Source: an uncultured Nitrososphaeraceae archaeon
GTDB lineage: Archaea; Thermoproteota; Nitrososphaeria; Nitrososphaerales; Nitrososphaeraceae
Assembly (NCBI GenBank): GCA_963765895.1
Contig: CAVXZB010000042.1
Location: forward strand, 9,901 to 73,900
Direction: 5' to 3'
DNA: 64,000 bases
This document shows positions 35,475 to 48,062 of this stretch, piece by piece. Numbering within the stretch: position 1 is the stretch's first letter; each line of letters opens with the position of its first letter. A program made the translations under genes and the position numbers. The notes beneath the pieces were generated by a model that ran no database searches, was not told where the DNA came from, and saw nothing but the letters and a program-made list of their open reading frames with translations.

Positions 35475-36911
35475 TTCAGCAAGAGCAGAAACGATACGAA
35501 GAGTCAAATAAAAAAACGGTCAAGACCAAAAATCCTGTAACCGAGGAGATCTTAGATGAATATGATATCCTAAATAAACAACAAACTAATGAAGCGACTA
35601 AGAAAGCAAAGGATGCATTTGTTCGAGAATGGAGTACTCTAAATATTGATAAAAGGACCGGCTTCCTTCATGATTTTGCTGCCGAACTAAGGAAAAATAA
35701 AGAACATCTCGCTAAAACTGCAACACTTGAAATGGGAAAGGTAATAAAAGAATCTAAATCTGAGGTCGAAAAATGTGCATGGGCAATAGAATATTTTGCC
35801 GATAATGGAAAATCAATTTTAAATGACGAGATAATTAATACTGATGCTAGAAAAACCTTCATAACTTTTCAGCCTGTTGGGGTAATAGGAAGTATTATGC
35901 CCTGGAATTTTCCCTATTGGCAAGCTTTACGGTTTGCCGCCCCTTCACTGATGGTTGGTAATACAATTGTTTTAAAGCCTGCAAGTGCAACGATGCAATG
36001 TGGATTAGAAATCCAAAACATGTTTACAGCTGTTGGGTTACCAGATGGGGTATTTCAATCATTAACAGGTGATTCAAGTGTTGCAGAAAATCTGATAGAT
36101 TCTCCAGACGTTAATGCTGTGACCTTTACTGGTAGCGTATATGCCGGAACAAAGGTGGCCCAAAGAGCAACATCGCAAATTAAGAAGTGTGTTCTCGAAC
36201 TTGGTGGAAGTGATCCGTTCATAGTTTGTGATGACGCGGATATTGAAAAAGCATCTGATGGAGCCGTGAAGGGAAGATTTATCAATTGCGGTCAGAGTTG
36301 TATTGCTTCAAAACGGTTTATCCTCGACAAGAAGATCTCAAATGAATTTGTCGAAAAGTTTGTACAAAAAAGCTGAGAAACTTAAGTTGGGAGATCCTAT
36401 GTCTAAAGATACTGACATCGGGCCTTTGGTCAACGAACAAGGATTAAAAAATATAGAATCTATCGTTAATGAATCCATCAAGGAAGGTGCTGAGCTATTA
36501 ACAGGTGGCGAACGTTCTGGAACCAGTGGATATTTTTATCGTCCAACTATAATAAAAAACGTTTCACCAAAGATGCGTATATCCAAAGAAGAAGTGTTTG
36601 GTCCTGTGGACTCGGTACTCACTGTTAATGATGAAGATGAAGGCATTAGACTAGCAAATGACACTCAGTATGGTCTTGGAGCAAGCATATGGACACAAGA
36701 CTTAGAAAAGGCAGAAAAATTATCGAGAAAGGTTTCTTCTGGCATAGTATCTGTCAATAATGTTGTTGCATCAGACCCCAGAGTACCATTTGGCGGTGTA
36801 AAGAAAAGCGGCTTTGGAAGAGAGCTATCAAGATATGGAATGCTAGAGTTTGTTAATATAAAATCAGTCCGATTTTATGATGACTTGGTGCATCACCATC
36901 ATGTGGAGTAA
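35471..36911 (+). pseudogene. NAD(P)-dependent aldehyde dehydrogenase (SSADH GabD1/Sad-like), +1 frameshift in A6 at 36366
   Basis: IMPWNFP, FTGS, LELGGSDP, NCGQSC, EEVFGP and FGGVKKSG motifs; start overlaps the adh stop (TTGA). Confidence 0.92.
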
Positions 36912-36940
36912 ATAAGTGGTATTTACTAAGGGATGAAAAG

Positions 36941-38392
36941 ATGTTGCCAAAGTCAGATAATATGAATGGTTTCGCTCAGTATCAAGAGCAACAACACCAA
37001 CACCAACAAAGTCGTAACACCAAACAAGTACTAATTCTGGGTAGCGGCTTTGCTGGAATAGAGGTTCTAAAAAGGGTTCAAAAGAAATTTAAAAATGATA
37101 AAAAAGTTCAAATTACTCTGGTAAGTAAAGACAACTTTCTTCTCTTCACTCCAATGCTTCCGGAAGTTGCATCTGGTATGATCGAAACAAGACACATAGT
37201 AACGCCTATACGGGAATTTTGTAAACAGGCCAAATTTTATGAGGCTAGTGTAAAGTCGATCGATTTCGATAATAAACAAGTAGTAATAATGCATGCAATT
37301 GGTAGACAGTCTAATCCAACCGCTTGGGATCAACACATACTAAAATATGACTACCTGGTAATTGCCTTAGGAAGTGAAAATAACTTCTTTAAAATGGCAG
37401 ATATAGAGAAACACTCCTTTACCATGAAGGATATTGGAGATGCCATTATTCTAAGAAATCATATTATAAACATGCTCGAACAAGCAAATCTCGAAGAACA
37501 CAATAAAGAATTAAGAAAAAGTCTTTTAACTTTTGTTGTGGTCGGCGGAGGATTCAATGGTGTTGAAACAGTGGGAACGATTAATGATTTTGTACGCGAA
37601 TCCATTAAGGATTTCTACAAAAATATCTATATGACAGAAGTAAAGATAATACTTGTTCACACGGGTGATAAATTACTTGAACAAATAGATGAGGATTTAG
37701 GTGAATTTGCATTAGAAAAGCTAAAGGCCAAGGATGTAGAGTTTATAATGAATACTCATGTTGTTGGAGCGACTCAAAATGCTGTAAAGTTGGATGATAA
37801 TAATACTACTACAATTCCTAGTCATACTCTTATTTGGGCTGCAGGCGTTAGCCCAAGTAAGCTAGTCAGTGAGCTTGGTTGTGAACATGATAAAAAACAT
37901 CGAATAATAGCAAACAACTATTTAGAAGTACCCGATCATGACGGTGTTTATGCACTTGGTGATTGTGCATCTATAACCGATCCCAATACCGGAAAGCCTT
38001 ATCCTCCTACGGCTCAGCATGCAATAAGACAAGGAAAAGTAGCTGCAAAAAATATCATTTTTGCAATTAAAGGAAAAACCAAGAAAACAAAATTTGATTA
38101 TAAAACAAAAGGAATGATGGCAGAATTAGGAAAAAGGACAGGTGTGGCAACGATATTTGGGATCAAATTGCATGGATTTATATCATGGTGGCTCTGGCGT
38201 ACTTACTATTTAGGTAATCTCCCAACTCTAAATAAAAAACTAAAGGTTATGGGTGATTGGACTCTAGATTTAATATTTAAACCAGGTGTAGCCATGATAA
38301 AGAGATCTGAAATGGGAAGCAGTTCTGAAAAAATTGAGAAGGAGATGACTGATGCTACGACCACCACCAACAACAGACAGGATGCTCAATAA
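36941..38392 (+). CDS. ndh: type II NADH:quinone oxidoreductase (NDH-2)
   Basis: GSGFAG, FTPMLPEVASG, YDYLVIALG, VVGGGFNGVE, ALGDCA and AQHAIRQG motifs. Confidence 0.9.
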   Translation: MLPKSDNMNGFAQYQEQQHQHQQSRNTKQVLILGSGFAGIEVLKRVQKKFKNDKKVQITLVSKDNFLLFTPMLPEVASGMIETRHIVTPIREFCKQAKFYEASVKSIDFDNKQVVIMHAIGRQSNPTAWDQHILKYDYLVIALGSENNFFKMADIEKHSFTMKDIGDAIILRNHIINMLEQANLEEHNKELRKSLLTFVVVGGGFNGVETVGTINDFVRESIKDFYKNIYMTEVKIILVHTGDKLLEQIDEDLGEFALEKLKAKDVEFIMNTHVVGATQNAVKLDDNNTTTIPSHTLIWAAGVSPSKLVSELGCEHDKKHRIIANNYLEVPDHDGVYALGDCASITDPNTGKPYPPTAQHAIRQGKVAAKNIIFAIKGKTKKTKFDYKTKGMMAELGKRTGVATIFGIKLHGFISWWLWRTYYLGNLPTLNKKLKVMGDWTLDLIFKPGVAMIKRSEMGSSSEKIEKEMTDATTTTNNRQDAQ

Positions 38393-39234
38393 ATAATGCG
38401 TCTCATGACAAACAGAATATGGTGCGCGACTTTTTTAATTCTAACCAATAACAACCTTACCATGGTACATCTGCTATTCACGACCTACATCTGATAGGTA
38501 TAGATGTTCGTTTAATAATTTTCATCTATAAAACTAGTGCTCTCTAGAGAGATTCGTAAAACGTAGATCTATCAAAAATTTTATGTGGGTAGAACAAACA
38601 TGATTAAAATAATCTTAATCAATGAAAGTTTTAATCCTTATCTGGCTATCTGATACCTATAAATAAGTGCAGAATTTGTTCAACACTTGCATAACCTGAA
38701 ATTAACAGTCCATTGTACTATGCTAACTAAAAAATATTGGTCAAATTCTGAATGACTATTGTGCATAAATTCTATTAGAAACTATTCTATGCTACCTTTG
38801 TATTTAATGAAGTGAATATTCATATATGAAGTGTCCCTTAAGTGATAGCTGTTACTTGATTTGGGGGTAACTAAAATAATCTTCAGAACTCTGAAGATTA
38901 AATAGACCTTCCCAGCAGCTGAGTGCTGTGTCACTAAGATCAAAAAGCCTTATCTCTAGGCCTATGTAATTTTTATCTAATCTTAAATGTTAAGCCCGTA
39001 ATACTACAATATATCTAAATTACGACTGAAAAAAGGTAACATGACATGACATGACGCTGCTACCGTGGATACTTTTAAGGTTATTTTGACAATTTGTGAG
39101 GGGCTTAATTGGAAATTAATTTAGGTAAGATAATGTTGAATATTACTCTGGTTAATAAGAACTTCTCTAAAAGTAAATACTGGATTCGAAATCAATAACG
39201 ATACTCTGTTTGTGTGTCTCCATAATATAGGATA

Positions 39235-40695
39235 TCAAATTCCAGCACGTGGACTATAGTACATATGATCTTCTCTATGCCCCCCCTGGCCCATGCCTAT
39301 GTTCTTGTAATCATTTACAAATTCTATCGATCTAAGCCACTTGACCATTTTATATCCCAGTTGTGTCTCAGCTCTCAACCTCAATGGGGCACCATGTCCT
39401 ACAGTCAGGGGTTCACCATTCATTTCGTAAGCAAGTATCGTTTGCTGATGCTTTACGATATCTAAATCTAGTACTTCATAGAATTCATCTCCGTCAGTGT
39501 ATTGAAAAGAGCGAAATACAACATAGCGAGCTTGTGGAAGCGGGTTACATAACGATATAATGTACTGCATGGGCACACCAGCCCATTCTCCTATGGCCGT
39601 CCATCCCTGAATACAATAATGCTCAGTAACTTGTTCTTGCTTACTCATAGCATAGAGCTCCGAGAGCGAGAGTTCAAGTTGGCTTTGTACCAGTCCATAA
39701 ATCTTAAGCTTATAAGTATCGAATTTATTCTTTAAAAGTTCTGTGTATTCATTAATGTCAGGAGGATACCCATTAATTCGGAAAAAGGAGGAAACTTCTG
39801 ATTTGGGAAATTGTTGTTTAGATACCGCATTGCGCAACAAAAGCCATTTTGTAGGGACCAGCATCATATCAAGAATATTTTGAATATTCCTTGGTTTTTG
39901 TAACGATATTCCTGTTACCCAAATGTGAATTATTATGACAGACAAGACAATAAGTGTAAATAGACCAGCTGCAACTCCAAAACTAGTTGTATGGCCTAAT
40001 ACAATATTTCCCATATTTTCTGAAAAACGCTCTGATATTATCATAGTTAGGTGGATAATGATAAATAAAACAAATGCAATCATGCCAAGAAAATGAAGAC
40101 TTCTTGCTACTTGTCGTCCTCGAAATATCCTTGGATATCTTGGAAATCTTGCATCAATCGCTGGTGACATAGCTGCTCCAGTTGCAATCATAAATGGACC
40201 TAGGATAAAAATCACTACAAAATAGGTGAGTTGCTGCAGAGCATTATAAGGATGCCCGGCTGGAGGAAAGTGAAACGAGGTATATAACATTGCATCATGA
40301 AAAGCCTGCGGAAAGATTGACCAAGTTGTCGGAACTAATCGCTGCCATTCATCGCTTGTAAAAAGCAACAAATAGTATGCAGCTCCATTTACTATCCAAA
40401 AAATGATAGAAAAGAAATGCCAGTGTCTTCCCAATCCAAGATTTTTGCGACCTGGTAATGCTATCCAAGAAGAGAACGACTCTTCTTCTTCCAAAGATAT
40501 CCATAGTCTATCTTTGGGGATTTTCTTTTTTGTAAATTTGATCCATTCGGTACCAGGTCTAGCATGATCATTCCAGTACAGCTTCGGAAGGGCACTTAGG
40601 ATTTCGATGCCACTACGTATCAATAATGTAATGAATACGATATTGATAAAATGGGCAAATCGCAACCAGAATGGAAAATTATCAAATCCTTCCAC
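39235..40695 (-). CDS. cytochrome b domain fused to sulfite-oxidase-family (MsrP/YedY-like) molybdopterin oxidoreductase
   Basis: N-terminal TM helices with conserved His (RFAHF, WHFF, SLHF, IIHL); HYCIQGW Mo-ligand Cys, LAYEMNG.PL...HGAPLRL and GYKMVKW motifs. Confidence 0.88.
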   Translation of the reverse strand: MEGFDNFPFWLRFAHFINIVFITLLIRSGIEILSALPKLYWNDHARPGTEWIKFTKKKIPKDRLWISLEEEESFSSWIALPGRKNLGLGRHWHFFSIIFWIVNGAAYYLLLFTSDEWQRLVPTTWSIFPQAFHDAMLYTSFHFPPAGHPYNALQQLTYFVVIFILGPFMIATGAAMSPAIDARFPRYPRIFRGRQVARSLHFLGMIAFVLFIIIHLTMIISERFSENMGNIVLGHTTSFGVAAGLFTLIVLSVIIIHIWVTGISLQKPRNIQNILDMMLVPTKWLLLRNAVSKQQFPKSEVSSFFRINGYPPDINEYTELLKNKFDTYKLKIYGLVQSQLELSLSELYAMSKQEQVTEHYCIQGWTAIGEWAGVPMQYIISLCNPLPQARYVVFRSFQYTDGDEFYEVLDLDIVKHQQTILAYEMNGEPLTVGHGAPLRLRAETQLGYKMVKWLRSIEFVNDYKNIGMGQGGHREDHMYYSPRAGI

Positions 40696-40772
40696 ACGAA
40701 TGACCTCTTTTATTCATATTTAAAGTGAATGCATAAATGAAAGCAGATCGCGAATACAAACAAAGTATCAAC

Positions 40773-41977
40773 CTAGTCCTGTTTTGCTAGAACGTGGTCT
40801 ACGTCTTTTTCTCCTTCTGCTATCAACTTTTTAATTCTGTAAGTAGAAAAATCTGCATCTTCAAATAGATAATGTAGGCTTCCTTCTCTTCTACCAATTC
40901 TAACTAAATCTGTTATAGATGCACCATGCTTTTGATTTAACGAGTGATATTCCAATTCAATTTGTTTGAGTTTATTTGTTGTTATCTGATCAACCTTTGC
41001 AGCATCATCATGTAATATGCCATATATAGTCTTAATAAGAGATAGGTATTTTTCAGTAACTTTCAGCATTTCAATATTCTTATCAGTTTTATCCATAAAC
41101 ACAATATCTCTAGCCCTATGCCACACTTCTATCATATTCGTTGGAAGCTCTTTTTGTTGACGTGGAAAGACATCAACGATATAAAATTTCTTATTTATCT
41201 GTGGCGAACGTCTTAATACTTCCAACATGGGCGTATTCGTAAGCAAACTTCCATCCCACAGATATTTGCCATCTTTCTCAGTCCATCTTAAACCGTAGAA
41301 TGGATATCCGGCACATGCGACTATTTTATCTATATCTATATCAGAATAAGCACTATCGAAAATAACAGGTTCTCCTTTCTGTATATCTGTAGAGGTTATT
41401 ATGAATCTGGAATGCGCTTTATTATCTTTATTATTATTATTATTGTTTATGTGACGGTCGATTTTTTTAAGTTTGTCAATATCTATATATTGTTTCAATG
41501 TTTTTTTAGGGGTGCTTTATCGTATAGATATGTCCATTTGTAAGGCATAAAGTAATCTTTGGAATCTGGGTTGAACCACCTAGGTAGGAATGCCTTTGGA
41601 TTGCCATAAAGCATAGAATAAAATGAAGACCATACCGCCATCATTTCATCTGATGACATGAATGGAAATGGTGACTGCAAGAACTGATTCGGAAAGCTCA
41701 TATTCTCAGACAATGATAACCAGAAGTCTTCAAGAATAGACGATGGTTCGTCAATATCTGCATTTTGGGCAGACGCTATAATGGAGGTATTTATAGCCCC
41801 AATGGAAGAACCTGCCAGAACGTCAAAAATGATGCCATTCTTATTAAAGCCCTTATAGACACCACATTCGTATGCTCCCAAAGAGCCACCGCCTTGTAAC
41901 ACAAGAACAGTTTCAGATTCAAGTGTAGGTGAGTGGTGTACACTTTTTCTCGTAGACATGATCCTACTGTCTTTCAA
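40773..41977 (-). pseudogene. patatin-like phospholipase, frameshift in T7 at 41501
   Basis: LQGGGSLGAY, GSSIG and WDGSL motifs split over two ORFs. Confidence 0.9.
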
Positions 41978-43326
41978 TGGTTCAACTTAGTATCTATATA
42001 TTTCTAGTTTTAAGACTACTTTCAAATTGTTATATTTATCTTAAGTTCTTAGAACCCACTTTATAAGCAATAGATCGAGTTGATCTGAGATTGTATTGGG
42101 CTGGACTTTGAATTTATTAGCTACGATAGTAAGATGGTGGAATTACTTCATAATAGATTAATAAAAACTTAACACACAATTTGCATTCTTGAAGCAAGAG
42201 CATTTACTAATATAAATCTAACCTTGTCAATAAACGTTTACTATCATAGTGATACTGAATTTTAGCGGTTACATAGATTCTTCCACTTCCAATCGAACCT
42301 CTTGAGAGACCATTTAATAAGATGATTGCAGATTTCCAATACAAAAGATAAGTCTTTACACAGATCCTTCGCTCATGGGAGTTATAACCTTTATTCGCTA
42401 ACAGGTTTATACATCGGAGATTTCATGGAACCATGAGCGTTGCAGAGTCTGAACAATCAGCCAGCAGTGTTGTAAAGACATGCGGCTATAAGAAGGGGAG
42501 AACAAAAGTAACTTAATCTTTTATTGATGCGTATCATAGTCTTTGTGATGACAAAAGGAATATAATCTCTACCACTAATATTTGGGAAAAGTGCATGACA
42601 AATATATTCCAGACATTCAACCATACGACATTTGTTTAATATCTTTTTTATCCTTGTCACTTGTTACAAATTCTTGAATTTTAATCTCTAGTACTTAGTA
42701 CAAGGTAAAAGTAAATCCCTCCTAGTCAGACATTAAAAGAAAATGCTAGAATTAAGAGTAAATATATAATTTTCATTGTCTTATAAATTAAGAAATTCAA
42801 TAGAAAACCATAATAGATATAGGACCAGAATGAAAATGGTTTTAATATTGAGTGAGGATTTTGTTAAAATCGCTGACACAAAGCATATTCAACCTTCTTG
42901 TTTAAAAGAAGTTCAGGTTGATGGTGAGAATATCTGTATAGTTAACGTTGAGGGAAAGTACTATGCGATCGGCAGCATCTGCACACATGAAGGTGGCCCT
43001 TTAGCTGATGGCACGCTTGAAGGTTATGAGGTTGAATGTCCATGGCATGGCTCCAAATTTGATGTAAGAACAGGAGAAGTGACAAGCCCCCCGGCAAGTG
43101 AACCAGAACCAGCCTATGAAGTAAAAGTAGATGGCAATAGCATACTAATTAAAAAACAAGGTAAAAGTAAATCTTCACAGATTGAGCTAACACTATTGGA
43201 AAAAGATAAAGTTGAAGGTACTGATGTAATGTCATTTAAATTTAGTAAACAGAATAATCAACTACAAGACCAAACACTATTGGATTATGCTGCAGGTCAA
43301 TTTGCCTTTTTTGATATCGGTGGAGT

Positions 43327-44274
43327 GGCTATGTAGAAAACATCATCAATATTACAAGATTAGTCAGTCTATGCATATTGTAGGTGATACATCTAAATGA
43401 TAACTCTCTGTTCTGCATTCTAGTCAATCTAGACATAAGATTCTCTCCAAATAGTCGTTTTATAACTGATATTATGGTTTCATCTTTGTTTCGTTGATTG
43501 TACAGCAATTTGGAGTAACCACGCTTCATCTGCTTTCTGTACTTACCATGTGTTCTCCACATCGGTACATGTTCATATCGAGCAGGAATAATACTGAATG
43601 CATGTAAGTCCTCTCTTACGAGAAGGTGATTATCTTCACTATCGTAACCCTTATCAGCTGTAACTACAGATAATGGAAGAATATTTGATGTCCTTGTTAT
43701 AATTGGCCTGAAATCTACATTATCATGCCTTGTTGGAGCTCGTCTTATCTTAATTGTACATATGATTTGTTGTAATACATCTACTCCAATAGATAATTTC
43801 GCATATTTTCTTCTCAATTCTGTTCGATCAGTATAATATTGTGATGCATGAGTTATCTTAAATCCTGTTGAATCTATTCCTGCAAAGATATGCTTGGTAC
43901 CACTAATTACAATGAATGACGAAATTATCTTTTCAAGCAATGAATTATTGATTCTATCTGTAAACTTTTGCAATGTTGTAAAATGAGGAATACGTGACAA
44001 CCGTAGAAATGACCTTAGGTAATAGGCTTCAATTAACCACTCGACAAACATTCTATAACTCTTACCTTCATACTGTCGTATAGCAACTAGAACTATGTGC
44101 TGCCATATTGTAAATATGTGATTACTTTTCCTGTTAGAAAATAGAGGAATCTTTGCATGCTTCAAAACACGGAACATAGGACCTGCAAGTCTGACGTACA
44201 TTGATTCTTTCAATAGACTATTGGTATTATACTCTTACAAAGCTTTGACTGTATGAGATGGTTTCTACACAGCC
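43327..44274 (-). mobile_element. IS5-family insertion sequence copy 1, 948 bp
   Basis: 18-bp TIRs ggctatgtagaaaacatc / gatggtttctacacagcc; 9-bp TSD cggtggagt. Confidence 0.95.
43329..44213 (-). CDS. IS5-family DDE transposase
   Basis: IDSTG, ADKGYDS and Y..R...ET..S.IKR motifs. Confidence 0.93.
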   Translation of the reverse strand: MKESMYVRLAGPMFRVLKHAKIPLFSNRKSNHIFTIWQHIVLVAIRQYEGKSYRMFVEWLIEAYYLRSFLRLSRIPHFTTLQKFTDRINNSLLEKIISSFIVISGTKHIFAGIDSTGFKITHASQYYTDRTELRRKYAKLSIGVDVLQQIICTIKIRRAPTRHDNVDFRPIITRTSNILPLSVVTADKGYDSEDNHLLVREDLHAFSIIPARYEHVPMWRTHGKYRKQMKRGYSKLLYNQRNKDETIISVIKRLFGENLMSRLTRMQNRELSFRCITYNMHRLTNLVILMMFST

Positions 44275-45659
44275 CGGTGGAGTCTATAATGATCCCAAAG
44301 GCCCAATCAGGCACTTCACTATTTCATCTTCCCCAACCGAGGATTTTATAATGTTCAGCACTAGAATCAGAGATTCTCCATATAAGAAGAGACTTTCAAC
44401 CTTAGAGGTTGGTACAAAAGTCAAGGTAAGAGGTCCTGAAGGGCAATTTGTATTACATCAAGATCACTCAAAGCCTGCTGTATTTCTTTCTGGTGGAATT
44501 GGTGTTACTCCATTTAGAACTATGATAAAGTACGCTACAGATAAGCAACTGCCAGTAAATATAGTGATGTTTGATTCTAATAGGAACAGTAACAACATTT
44601 TATTCAAAAAAGAGTTTGATGACTGGGCGAACATTAATAGAAATCTAAAGATTATCTATACAATTAGTGAAGGAGAAGATAGACAAGATGAGCGATTGTC
44701 AATATCTACTGCAAAAAGTGATTGGAAAGGAGAATATGGCAGAATAGACAAAGCAATGATTCTGAAGTATCTAGATACTAACGAACTGAACAATTCCCTA
44801 TTCTATATCTGTGGCCCTCCTAGCATGATACAATCTATGCAAACTTTGCTCCAAGAGGCCTTACAAATTCCAAAAGAAAGAATCAAAGTTGAAGAGTTTA
44901 CTGGATATTAAGAGATGAACGACTTGATGCCTAGAACAAATAATTGTCCTGAACCAGCTCTGGAAATATGAAATCTTTAGCATGAACATATTCTGCCTCG
45001 TAGTATAAGCTTTTTATAAAAGCATATCCGCCTAATTTATTGATGTTTTCTAAAAACTGTGACCTCCTTTCTGATACTCATTACGAACCAACAGCTTTTT
45101 AATAAATTCAATAATCAAGGATGATCACATGCCTGAGCATTGACAAAACCCATCCTCTCAACGCATGGGGATTGCCTATGCTCTTTGCTGACAATTTGAA
45201 AAGGAAATATTTTTAATAATGTATATCAATCTTGAAAGAAAACAAGAAACTGAATTTAATCATCAACTTAGAATCAACCGCTTGGATTGTTTATTGTGTA
45301 TTTAATAGGAATAGTAGAAAGGTTATTAGACATAAAACATAATTAACAGAGTAAGCAAAAATATGAATAATATTCAAGATACCACAGCGGCCAGCCAATA
45401 ATATATTTCAGAATTCCTTTCAGGAATTAGCGCACTTTTGTCTACGTGAATAACTGTACAAATCATTCTTGGTTTGAAGAATGGATGTTAAACCGAGCTA
45501 CTAATTGAATTATTATAATTATTTATTATTTATTATTATTACTATTATCATTCTATACCTAGATTCAATTAATTCAGTATGAATAACAATAATGATGACA
45601 AGAAATGATGCCAAATTGCTAGGTAGATATTATATGATACGCTTTGATAGTATATACAT

Positions 45660-47445
45660 ATGAGTGAATATGAAAATATGCGAACGGCTGATATTGTGGC
45701 TGAAGCATTACTTGATTGGAAAGTTGAAGTCATTTTTGGCTTACCTGGTGATGGAATAAATGGATTCATGGAAGCCTTAAGGCGCCGTAAGGATAAAAAT
45801 CAGATTTGTTCTTGTTCGCCATGAAGAGTCAGCAGCGTTTATGGCATGCGCGTATGCAAAGTATACCGGAAGACTCGGCGCATGTGTTGCTACTTCTGGC
45901 CCCGGTGCAATTCATCTTTTGAATGGACTGTATGACGCCAAATTAGATAACACACCTGTTATCGCAGTCACAGGAACAACTTATTCTGATATGATGAATT
46001 CAAATTATCAGCAAGATGTCAATCTGATACAGCTGTTTTCTGATGTATCAGTCTATAATAGTATGATAAACGTACCAGAGCAAGCTGAGATGGTGGTGGA
46101 CTTTGCATGCAGAACAGCACTTTCACGTAGAGGAGTAAGTCATATAACGATACCAATAGACATTCAAGAAAGAAAATTGAAAGGAGATTATTCAAGACAT
46201 AAGGTTGCAGGACATGCTTCTGATATCTATAACCCCTTAATCATACCCGATAAAAAAATGATAGAAGATGCGGCATATATTTTGAATTTGGGAGAAAAAG
46301 TTGTAATACTTGCGGGACAAGGAGCTCTTGGCGCCGAAGATGAGCTTGTTTCTGTCGCACAAAAATTGGGTGCCCCAATAGTTAAGGCACTTTTAGGGAA
46401 AGCCGTAGTTCCAGATGATAACTCTTACAGCATAGGAGGTATTGGCTTATTGGGCACAGGACCAGCCAGTGATGCGATGAGCGAGGCAGATACATTATTC
46501 ATGATAGGGACCTCATTTCCGTACATAGACTATCTGCCTAGACCAGGGCAGGCAAAAGGAATTCAAATTGATATCAAACAAGAGAAAGTAGGGATGCGTT
46601 ATCCAGTCGATATTGGATTAGTAGGTGACTCAAAACTTACTCTATCCGCATTAATTCCGTTATTACATCAAAAAACAAAGCTTGAATTTTTGAAATCCAA
46701 ACAGGAGGCAATGAAGCACTGGAACAAGTTGATAAAAGAAAGAAGTAGCAGGACAGATAGACAGATAAAGCCACAATATATAGCCGATATATTATCTGAT
46801 GAGTTGGAAGATAACGCTATAATTTCTGTCGATAGTGGTACTATTACTACATGGGCTGCTCGCCATATCAATTTACGAAAAGGGATGAAGTTTTCTGTTT
46901 CTGGAACACTAGCTTCAATGGCATGTGGTTTGCCGTACGCAATTGCTGCACAGATTGCATTTCCTGATAGACAATCAGTAGCATTTGTTGGAGATGGAGG
47001 ATTTGCGATGCTTATGGGTGAATTTGCGACCGCAGTACAATATGATCTTCCAATCAAGGTATTTATTATAAAGAATGATACTCTGGGCATGATTAGATGG
47101 GAGCAGATGGCTTTTCTAGGCAACCCTGAGTTTGGAGTAGAATTTACGCCGATTGATTTTGCAAAATTTGCTGAGGCATGCGGCGGTATAGGTTACTCTA
47201 TCAAAGAACCTAATCAGGTACGATCCACAGTTCGGAATGCAATGAAGGAAAGCAAGCCTACTCTGATCGAAGCTTATGTTGATCCATTTGAACCCCCAAT
47301 GCCTCCAAAGACCGATATAGTATTTGTAAATAATTTAGCTAAGTCATTTGCTAAAGGCCAACCATACAAAGGAAGAATAGGTTTAACTTTATTTAGAGAT
47401 AAAGTACACGAGGTATTAAAGGATATTCATTCTCACCCTGACTGA
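45660..47445 (+). pseudogene. ThDP-dependent pyruvate oxidase / pyruvate:quinone oxidoreductase (PoxB/YdaP-like), +1 frameshift in A5 at 45795
   Basis: ATG 45660 gives ...FGLPGDGING; VRHEESAAFMA, TSGPGAIHL and GDGGF...N motifs. Confidence 0.9.
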
Positions 47446-48062
47446 TGAATAGCACGGCTTGGTAGCCTTGCCTACCGGTAATAACTTGAATTCTGCTTCA
47501 TTGGCTAGGTCTACTTAATGCCATGTTAGTGTTAGCCCTAGTTTTATTTTTCTGCAGCTGGTGATTGATAAAATTGGTATGCCTATAATAATAAAGGAAA
47601 GCATGAGCAGCTTGATCTGCTCTCTTCTTGACGACGTATAGTAAGAAGTTATTATCAATGCTAATTTCATAAGAAAAAGGAGATACGGAAGCTAATTATT
47701 TCTCTTGCTAGCAGAAATGCAATGTTTTGCTCAGGTGCTGCAAAAACAAAATACCATAAGATACTATTTAAACCTCCTCTAATTTAGTATGCTTCTGAAT
47801 AGGACGGTTTCTGATACATTTATCTGCAAACTTGATTGGTTAATCTCTCTAAGTTTTCCAATCAGACATAGTTTAACATGTTTACCATCGAGTCATCATA
47901 AGGCACGAAAAATGAGGATATAAAAAAGATAAATGCTTTCATTACCGTAGCTATGATTACTCCGTTGTCTACTAACATTCGTGATTCCAATTTAATGCTA
48001 ACAGTAAAGAATAATCCACTAATGAGGATATTCTAAGCGGCTTTAATATGAGGAATCCTATT

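Larger units (their letters stand above)
42830..44911 (+). pseudogene. Rieske [2Fe-2S] ferredoxin fused to FNR-like FAD/NAD(P) reductase, interrupted by IS
   Basis: CTH...CPWH Rieske ligands; after IS removal reads AGQFAFFDIGGV|YNDPKGPIRHFTISS...GGIGVTP...YICGP...EEF. Confidence 0.9.

Noticed and set aside
44258-44274. ATG start of a stand-alone FNR gene (MVSTQP)
   Set aside because: The ATG is within the IS terminal inverted repeat; the gene is the 3' half of the Rieske-FNR fusion
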